IMG/VR virus record: IMGVR_UViG_3300011972_000003
Span: 1 to 64,000 of that record
DNA from: a virus
Direction: 5' to 3' (one strand)
DNA: 64,000 nt
Below, one piece after another: positions 58,103 through 64,000 of this stretch. Position 1 is the first letter of the stretch. Each line of letters opens with the position of its first letter. The position numbers and the translations under genes are program-made. The notes beneath the pieces were generated by a model. It saw nothing but the letters and a program-made list of their open reading frames with translations. It did no database searches and was not told where the DNA came from.

Positions 58103-58633
58103 TTATTTTCGTTTTCCAGGTTTTACAATTAATAGACCTCTAACAAATTTTCCAGCCTGATAATTATCTAGATCGTCTCCCATTTCTCTTAAAGTTCCAA
58201 TTGCGTAGGTATTATCAGAAATGTAAGTATCTTTGTGGAATTTTTTAGGTAGTATATTTCTAGTTTCTGCATTAACAACCCCCTCTCTCATTATTGTTGG
58301 AGTGTTTAAAAGAAGTCGATGTTTCATTACCTTAGCTTCACTCCCTCCGTTAAGCCCTTCTAAAAATGCTAATGTTGGCGCTACTTTCTTGAGTTTATCA
58401 TTTAATTGGCTAAGTCGCTTATTATGAAGTACATCGCCTTTTAATACCTTATCTCTGTGTCTTCCTTCATGTACAACTACGAATGGAATTTTAGCTCCCT
58501 TCTTAGTTAAGTATACATTTCCGTCATAATCCACCAGATCACTATTATTTGATTTTATATATTGGTAATCCCTTAGTTTGTCAGCTAATTCCTTATCTTC
58601 TAAGTTCTCCCAACTAGTTAATTTCTTAAACAT
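58103..58633 (-). CDS. hypothetical protein (176 aa)
   Basis: ORF. Confidence 0.45.
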   Translation of the reverse strand: MFKKLTSWENLEDKELADKLRDYQYIKSNNSDLVDYDGNVYLTKKGAKIPFVVVHEGRHRDKVLKGDVLHNKRLSQLNDKLKKVAPTLAFLEGLNGGSEAKVMKHRLLLNTPTIMREGVVNAETRNILPKKFHKDTYISDNTYAIGTLREMGDDLDNYQAGKFVRGLLIVKPGKRK

Positions 58634-59297
58634 AAATCTTACCGTGTGTTAGTCCCATATAAAACTGATCTAAACTTGTCTGTATCATTGAACTAGCCTC
58701 ATCTATACCATTAAACATTTGAACAGGTACGTCTGGGTATTCGAAGTTCTTCCTTAGTTGAGATATGAATTGTAAAGTCTCCATAAGGCAAGCATCTACA
58801 AACTTACTTACATGTCTTTCCTCTATAAAACCAATACAACTCTTAGGATCTAATTCTCCAGTTGGTTGTAAATAGTTAACATACATCGGTCTCATATAGG
58901 TAGCATTCATTAGGTATTCTCCCTCTGAAACTCCTGATAAGAAACCATCCTGATATATCCAATTACGAGATGAACCTAAAATACCATTAAGTGACCATAC
59001 TCTAGTCGGTATAAGTTCAACCTCTGAAATGCACATAGTATTCGGATTCCTAGCATATGTGTTAAAAGTGTTTATAAATTTATGTGGGTCGTTATTAATT
59101 TTTATTTTATTTAATCTGATGAGAGGTACTTGATAATGCCACTTCTCTAAAGCTACTGAATACAGCTCCACCCTCTGCTCATCTGGATTCTGGGTTCCTA
59201 CGATAGACAATAACTCATCCACAGAAGGTAGCATTAGAAGAGATGATCTCAAGTCTATTTTTCTCTTAAGTTCCGATAATAGTAGTACTTCTCCCAT
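58626..59297 (-). CDS. hypothetical protein (223 aa)
   Basis: ORF. Confidence 0.45.
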   Translation of the reverse strand: MGEVLLLSELKRKIDLRSSLLMLPSVDELLSIVGTQNPDEQRVELYSVALEKWHYQVPLIRLNKIKINNDPHKFINTFNTYARNPNTMCISEVELIPTRVWSLNGILGSSRNWIYQDGFLSGVSEGEYLMNATYMRPMYVNYLQPTGELDPKSCIGFIEERHVSKFVDACLMETLQFISQLRKNFEYPDVPVQMFNGIDEASSMIQTSLDQFYMGLTHGKIYV

Positions 59298-59301
59298 TTC
59301 T

Positions 59302-59763
59302 TTATTTCTTGTTTTTATTATTTCCTATAAGTAATCCCTTTTTATTAATCCTCTCATACTTCCATTTATACATAGTAGCCTCAAAGTCTTTTGTTCTGTA
59401 CTTATATTCTTTATCGTGATAGCCTGTTACTTTGATGGAATATTGATAATTTAACTTGACTGGCTCTAAGCTCCAAACCTCATCTGTTATTTCGCAATCT
59501 GGAACTTCTTCTGTAGTAGGTTTGTATATGTTAGCAGTTACCTTATATACATTATAGACTCTACCTAAGATATTCGCACTCATAGCAGCTAAACATCCCA
59601 TTATTGAAGTTGAAAGGCATACTCTCTTAGTTACATTATCTTCATATCCCCGCTCTGTTAGAAAGTTTTTAGGGACTCTTGGAATTAAAGTTTGTCCATC
59701 TAAATCCTCAGTTGATATGAAAAATACTTCCTTTCTAGTTGTAGGTCTTTTCACTTTATTCAT
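59302..59763 (-). CDS. hypothetical protein (153 aa)
   Basis: ORF. The conserved hairpin motif lies 9 nt upstream. Confidence 0.45.
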   Translation of the reverse strand: MNKVKRPTTRKEVFFISTEDLDGQTLIPRVPKNFLTERGYEDNVTKRVCLSTSIMGCLAAMSANILGRVYNVYKVTANIYKPTTEEVPDCEITDEVWSLEPVKLNYQYSIKVTGYHDKEYKYRTKDFEATMYKWKYERINKKGLLIGNNKNKK

Positions 59764-59772
59764 TTTAATTTA

Positions 59773-59799
59773 GGAGGAGATTTATTGTAGTCCCCTCTC
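59773..59799 (-). promoter_or_regulatory. conserved late-gene upstream motif (instance 3, inverted orientation)
   Basis: GGAGGAGATTTATTGTAGTCCCCTCTC lies 9 nt upstream of the start of the 153-aa gene. On the plus strand it resembles the reverse complement of the other instances. Confidence 0.3.
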
Positions 59800-60331
59800 T
59801 TGTTTGTATTGTTTGATTGTGTTTATTAAGAATATAGGCAAAGTTTTATTATAATCTTGCTTGAAAAACTTATCCATATCCTTTAAATCTTGCTTTCCGT
59901 ATTTATCTCCGTTTAGTGTCTGGTAGAGCGTAGTGTATTCATCGTACTCATTTGTAGCGTAACTATCTTCCTCTTCCTTCAGTCTATTTATCCAGTTTTG
60001 AGGAGTTACATTTTCTACAATATCTCCTTCAGCCCCAGCTTTAATACTTGCACTCTGTAACCCTGTATTGATAAGTTGAAGGGTTGATTAAGTAAGTAAC
60101 CCTAATATCAGTATAGTCAAATCCAGTTACTGTAGCTAAAACTATCTCATCGGCATTATATCTCTCCGCTATAACTCTATTTGTTGGACGTGGACCCTTA
60201 ATTGATTTAATCTTCTCGTCAAAATAAGTGTTAAGTAATCCTAATATATTGTGTGGCTTATCTTCTTTAGGCTTACTTGGAGAAAACCATGACATAAGCC
60301 CAAACTGTCTCGTACTAATTATTAATCCCAT
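59782..60331 (-). pseudogene. frameshifted paralogue of the 57633..58100 gene (pseudogene, sequencing error or recoding site)
   Basis: The 96-aa ORF 60041..60331 has the N-terminus MGLIISTRQFGL. In a different frame, 60087..59782 encodes ..VTPQNWINRLKEEEDSY..DMDKFFKQDYNKTLPIFLINTIKQY. This matches the C-terminus LTPDNWISEFKSAGYWDY..VNKFFQKDYQRVPEIILNAIKSNN of the intact paralogue. Confidence 0.45.
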
Positions 60332-60346
60332 TTTTGTTTTTTTTTG

Positions 60347-60682
60347 TTATAACTGTAGAGGTAGCTCATAATCATCAGGAGTCACTACAAAAGTTTTTCT
60401 CCCTTGACTATTTAAATACTCAGCTTGTTCCTCGGCTTCGGCTTTTGTATCAAATTCTTCTACTTCAGGTTTACCAGTTGCACTATCCGTTACAGTATAT
60501 GCTCCACCCAAAGCTTTAATCCATCCAATAGCTTCTTTGTGACTCTCCTTAACTGTTGTTCTAGGTTTCTTTAAGTATCCACCTACTCCACCTAGTATTG
60601 CACCGGCTACCATCCCTTTCTCGAAATGAGGTTCAACTCTGTATCTGGCTTTTGAAATTGCTGCATGAGCTAAGGATCCCAA
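60347..60682 (-). CDS. glycine-zipper family protein (111 aa from a TTG start; frame open to 60748)
   Basis: KGMVAGAILGGVGGYLKKP and FVVTPDDYE match the middle module of 60847..61797. No ATG is present, and the upstream in-frame extension also encodes GALGGAALG. Confidence 0.45.
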   Translation of the reverse strand: MGSLAHAAISKARYRVEPHFEKGMVAGAILGGVGGYLKKPRTTVKESHKEAIGWIKALGGAYTVTDSATGKPEVEEFDTKAEAEEQAEYLNSQGRKTFVVTPDDYELPLQL

Positions 60683-60807
60683 AGCAGCTCCACCTAAAGC
60701 TCCTTGTATTGAGTTTATTATTCGGTAGTCTTTTTCTTTGTTGGAGAATCAGTCTAGTAAATGTTCCTTACTTCTTATATTCATTATCTCTTATTCTTTT
60801 ATGAATA

Positions 60808-60830
60808 GGGAGACTATATTTCAAATCTCC
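60808..60830 (-). promoter_or_regulatory. conserved late-gene upstream motif (instance 4)
   Basis: GGGAGACTATATTTCAAATCTCC has a 5-bp stem (GGAGA/TCTCC) and a 12-nt loop. It lies between the stop of the 316-aa gene and the start of the 111-aa gene. Confidence 0.35.
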
Positions 60831-60846
60831 AATTTATTATTACATT

Positions 60847-61797
60847 CTAAGTAAGCATAGTTCTATTACTAGTTCTAGCTGCAATCTTAGCACCTTCTTT
60901 TAGTCCGTAGTTTCTACCGAGTTTTGAACCTCCATAAATACCAGCTGCACCTCCTAAAAGTCCTCCAATCGTTTGAAAAGATTTAACTCTCTTTGCGTAA
61001 GCCTCCTGTGCATCTCTTTCACTTGCTTCAGGGTGTTTAGATAAGTACTCTTTAATATAGGTGTCCTTGTTTTTCAATTTAGCAACTCCTTTTCCAGCTA
61101 AATATCCAACTCCAGTTCCAACAGCGGCTCCTCCAATAGAACCAACTCCTGCACCAAAATTCCCATAATGTTGCTTAACTGCCTTCATTCCAGCAACTCT
61201 AGCGTTTCTGGCTACTTTCGCTAACTCAGCATCAGTTTTAGGAGCAGTCCCACCCTTACTTTTATATTCATCAACATAAGCTTTTGCACCTTTACCAAAT
61301 ACTTCTAAATTTTTCTTATGTCCTAGGTCGATCAATCCAAACTGTCTATTACTAGCACCGCTAAAATCCTCAGGAGCCACTATAAAAGCTTTAATTCCTT
61401 TCAATTTAAAATCTGCAGCATCTTGTTTAGCTTCTTGTAAATTTCTAAAGCCTTTGTGGTAAACTTCTCCAGATGGAAGTGAAGCTATTACAAAGTACTG
61501 TCCCATTCCAGACAAAACTCCAGCTCCTATATTTCGGTTATCCTCTGCACTCACTTTAGGTTTAATCATGTACCCACCTAAAGCACCTAAAGCACCTCCA
61601 ATCAACATACCTTTTTTCGCGGATCTATTGATTCCATAATTAGCACCTGCGCCTAGTCCAGCACCAAGTAGCCCCATAGCAACTGCTTGACCAATTCTAT
61701 TATTCCCCTCAGTAGGAGTCGCTTTGTTTAACAGCCAATTTCTAGCATCGTCTTGGCTTTTTATTATTACAACTTTATCCATTATTTTTTTTTTCAT
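60847..61797 (-). CDS. glycine-zipper family protein, mosaic of two modules (316 aa)
   Basis: The middle part (KGMLIGGALGALGGYMIKP..AFIVAPEDFSG) resembles 60347..60682. The C-terminal part (KEYLSKHPEASERDAQEAYAKR..GGLLGGAAGIYGG) resembles the C-terminus of 62337..62714. Confidence 0.5.
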   Translation of the reverse strand: MKKKIMDKVVIIKSQDDARNWLLNKATPTEGNNRIGQAVAMGLLGAGLGAGANYGINRSAKKGMLIGGALGALGGYMIKPKVSAEDNRNIGAGVLSGMGQYFVIASLPSGEVYHKGFRNLQEAKQDAADFKLKGIKAFIVAPEDFSGASNRQFGLIDLGHKKNLEVFGKGAKAYVDEYKSKGGTAPKTDAELAKVARNARVAGMKAVKQHYGNFGAGVGSIGGAAVGTGVGYLAGKGVAKLKNKDTYIKEYLSKHPEASERDAQEAYAKRVKSFQTIGGLLGGAAGIYGGSKLGRNYGLKEGAKIAARTSNRTMLT

Positions 61798-61806
61798 TTT
61801 CAGTTA

Positions 61807-61829
61807 GGAGAGCTATATTTCAAGCCCTC
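61807..61829 (-). promoter_or_regulatory. conserved late-gene upstream motif (instance 5)
   Basis: GGAGAGCTATATTTCAAGCCCTC lies 10 nt upstream of the start of the 316-aa gene. Confidence 0.35.
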
Positions 61830-61836
61830 ACTTATT

Positions 61837-62313
61837 TTATCCGTTGATACCTGGGTGGTAGTTTTGAGGATTACTAGACGGCGCAGGAAGAGCAGCAGTT
61901 GCATTACCCCCTTTACCTCTTTGGAAACCTCTATATCCAGCACCTACGCCACCAGCTACAGCTCCTAAAGCTCCACCGATAGCTAATCTCTTTCTTTTAA
62001 TCTTGTTGTACTCAGCATCAATCTTTTCATCTGACCAATCTGGGTGAGCATCTCTAAGTCTACCTTTCAAACCTTTAAGTGTGATTCCTGCAATTCCTGC
62101 ACCTAGACCACCACCAAGCAAAGCTCCTGCAGCTCCTAATGCATATTTACCTGCTCCCGCTTTTTTACCTTCAGCTTTGTCGTATAGCCAGCTTTCGGCT
62201 TGTTTAGGGTATTTAGCTGCTTTTCCACCCCACTCTTTTACTTTATTCTTTGTTTTAGACCATCTGCTTTCTTTTTCTTCAGCGAATAGTCTTGTTTTAA
62301 ATGTTAATCCCAT
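61837..62313 (-). CDS. MGLxFxTRLF-leader glycine-zipper protein (158 aa)
   Basis: MGLTFKTRLFA. LKGLKGRLRDAHPDWSDEKIDAEYNKIKRKRLAIGGALGAVAGG is about 80% identical to the equivalent segment of 62726..63169. Confidence 0.5.
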   Translation of the reverse strand: MGLTFKTRLFAEEKESRWSKTKNKVKEWGGKAAKYPKQAESWLYDKAEGKKAGAGKYALGAAGALLGGGLGAGIAGITLKGLKGRLRDAHPDWSDEKIDAEYNKIKRKRLAIGGALGAVAGGVGAGYRGFQRGKGGNATAALPAPSSNPQNYHPGING

Positions 62314-62336
62314 TTTGTTAATTCTTTATTTTATTT

Positions 62337-62714
62337 TTAAAGGATAGTCTTCTCTAAATATCGCTTAGTTTTTACGATCTTATCTCCAGTCCTACTCCCT
62401 AAATTATAACCCTTAACTCCCCCAACTAATGCTCCAACTATAGTCCCAGTCTTATTATATATCGACCTCCTATTTTTGTAAGCTTTGTATGCATCGTAAC
62501 TATTGGATTCTGGATTTTTTAGTAGGTATTCTGAAATAAAGTCTTCCTCAGATGGAGTTAGTATTTTACCTATAAGTCTTCCACCTAAGTAACCGACTCC
62601 AGACCCAACTAATCCACCACTTATTAATCCCACGTTTTTAGATCCTTTAAGTATTTGGGAGTCTCCTGGTATATATTTACTTGAGAATAATTTGGTTCTA
62701 AATACTAACCCCAT
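62337..62714 (-). CDS. MGLxFxTKLF-leader glycine-zipper protein (125 aa)
   Basis: MGLVFRTKLFS. GGLVGSGVGYLGG. SEYLLKNPESNSYDAYKAYKNR module. Confidence 0.5.
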   Translation of the reverse strand: MGLVFRTKLFSSKYIPGDSQILKGSKNVGLISGGLVGSGVGYLGGRLIGKILTPSEEDFISEYLLKNPESNSYDAYKAYKNRRSIYNKTGTIVGALVGGVKGYNLGSRTGDKIVKTKRYLEKTIL

Positions 62715-62725
62715 ATTGTTATTTA

Positions 62726-63169
62726 TTACTTTTTCTTATTATAGAAGTCCATTGCATTTGGTGTATAAGTCTTCTTGTATTCTCTACCTTTCATATAACC
62801 TAGTCCACCTCCTGCTACAGCCCCTAGAGCCGCACCAATAGCTAATCTTTTCTTCTTAATTTTGTCGTATTCAGCTTGTACTTTTTCATCAGACCATTGA
62901 GGATTAGCTTCTCTCAATCTACCTTTAAGACCTCTAAGTGAAATTCCAGCAACACCTGCTCCAAGTCCACCTCCAGCTAAAGCACCAATACCAGTAAGAC
63001 CTACAAGTCCTCCATGCTTTTGTTTTTCCTCTAGAGATTTATATAAGCTTCTTCCTTTTGCATTTGCTGAAGCTGAAACTTTAGCTCCTTTGATTTTAGC
63101 TTTTTCTACTAATCTTCCTACTGCTCCTTTTTTCTTAGCGAACAGTCTAGTTTTGAAATATAATGACAT
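62726..63169 (-). CDS. MxLxFKTRLF-leader glycine-zipper protein (147 aa)
   Basis: MSLYFKTRLFA. Paralogue of 61837..62313. Confidence 0.5.
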   Translation of the reverse strand: MSLYFKTRLFAKKKGAVGRLVEKAKIKGAKVSASANAKGRSLYKSLEEKQKHGGLVGLTGIGALAGGGLGAGVAGISLRGLKGRLREANPQWSDEKVQAEYDKIKKKRLAIGAALGAVAGGGLGYMKGREYKKTYTPNAMDFYNKKK

Positions 63170-63200
63170 ATCTGTATATTTGTTTTTGTTTAGTTAATAT

Positions 63201-64000
63201 TTATAATTCTTCATCTAATTCTCTCATTCGATTGTAAGCAACTCTAGCTAAATCTTTTGTAGAGAATCCTTTGTACTCCGGCTGTTTCTTAAGGAGCTTA
63301 GTTAAATACGCAATCTTCTCAACCTCAGTCATATTTTTGTACTTAGCTAATTCTGTTTCTTTAGTTAGTATTGAAGTAAGCCAACCTCCAGCAGTAGCAG
63401 CTAAAGCGCCAGTTAAATAAGTTGAGTATGCGGTTGCGGTTTTATTTCTATACCCCTTAAGATCCTTACCTCCAGCATTTTTGTATAACTTATATCCTCG
63501 AATAGTTGCATCAGCTTCGTTATAAAGAGTTGGAGCATTAGCTAATAAAAACCCTCCACCTCCTCGAAGTCTATTAAACCACGAAGATTTCTTTCCTAAT
63601 ATTTTATCCTTAGCTAGAGTATTTCCTGCATGTATAGCGTTTCCAAAAGCAAGGGTATTAGATCCAATAAGGACAGGCATGTTTCTAGATCTTTGCATCA
63701 ATCTTCCAAAACTATTACCTCCATTCTCGATATTTCTGTGACCCATTTCATGAGCTAAAACCTTACTATTGTTTAACCCTTTAATATCGGTCATAAAAAC
63801 TTTATCCACATCTGGTCGGTAGTTTGGACCTATTATATTATCACTGCCTCCATAATTTCCCTTACCGAGCTCATTCATTAAGTTTTTGTAAGTTTGAGTA
63901 TCTGTTCTATTTACTCGATCGCCTAATAGCTTTTTATTTTCAAAATTAACAGCTTCCTTGGCTAACTTTTCCGCGATACTGCCTATTATTAAATTCTTGG
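63201..64000 (-). CDS. HExxH zinc-metallopeptidase-like protein, N-terminally truncated by the window edge
   Basis: VLAHEMGHRN. The frame stays open upstream of the listed Met to position 64000. The C-terminal region shares the YLTKLLKKQPEY module with the glycine-zipper family. Confidence 0.5.
   Translation of the reverse strand, partial: KNLIIGSIAEKLAKEAVNFENKKLLGDRVNRTDTQTYKNLMNELGKGNYGGSDNIIGPNYRPDVDKVFMTDIKGLNNSKVLAHEMGHRNIENGGNSFGRLMQRSRNMPVLIGSNTLAFGNAIHAGNTLAKDKILGKKSSWFNRLRGGGGFLLANAPTLYNEADATIRGYKLYKNAGGKDLKGYRNKTATAYSTYLTGALAATAGGWLTSILTKETELAKYKNMTEVEKIAYLTKLLKKQPEYKGFSTKDLARVAYNRMRELDEEL

Noticed and set aside
1-64000. CRISPR arrays, tRNA or rRNA genes, integrases or transposases.
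   Set aside because: No direct-repeat-and-spacer periodicity was seen. No rRNA-like or tRNA-like segment was seen. No recombinase motif was seen in any ORF.

Overview
This window reads as a large, AT-rich tailed-phage genome (about 33–35% GC), probably a large myovirus. It has two convergent halves that meet at a bidirectional terminator near 24.7 kb.

The plus-strand half (0.4–24.7 kb) is an early or replication-transcription region, and its contents are listed below.
- A phage-encoded multisubunit RNA polymerase with a beta-prime-like subunit (2690..5812) and a beta-like subunit (6492..9589).
- The beta gene is interrupted by a short group I intron with no ORF (about 8721..8974).
- A split type II topoisomerase. 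Its ATPase and Toprim subunit carries a second group I intron (about 11304..11634) that is clearly homologous to the first. The GyrA-like subunit lies at 13126..14445.
- A thioredoxin / GroES / thioredoxin cluster, followed by a small lipoprotein and an RlpA-like double-psi beta-barrel protein.
- A MoxR-like AAA+ ATPase whose Walker A P-loop is broken by a naturally split intein. The N-extein plus IntN (14815..15231) and the IntC plus C-extein (16244..17566) are separated by a free-standing 339-aa ORF. This is a 'fractured gene'.
- A partner protein with a von Willebrand factor A domain and an HExxH motif (17569..19101).
- An actin-like (ParM/Alp) ATPase, an SPFH/Band-7 membrane protein, and several small membrane or unknown proteins.

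The minus-strand half (24.7–64 kb) is a late structural and lysis block, and its contents are listed below.
- An M15 peptidase endolysin with lysis-accessory membrane proteins, including a candidate unimolecular spanin.
- A 1426-aa distal tail or fibre protein and a set of candidate baseplate proteins.
- A tail-associated peptidoglycan hydrolase with an M15-like domain.
- A 987-aa tape-measure protein carrying a lytic-transglycosylase domain.
- A putative assembly chaperone with a small overlapping +1-frame ORF.
- A gp19-like tail tube protein and a tail sheath protein.
- Head-region proteins.
- A striking family of at least seven small paralogous glycine-zipper proteins. They share a conserved N-terminal decapeptide (MGLxFxTRxF). 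One member is frameshifted. The family lies next to an HExxH metalloprotease-like ORF that runs off the window end.
- A conserved short hairpin or promoter-like motif recurs just upstream of several late genes.

No rRNA, tRNA, CRISPR array or integrase was found.
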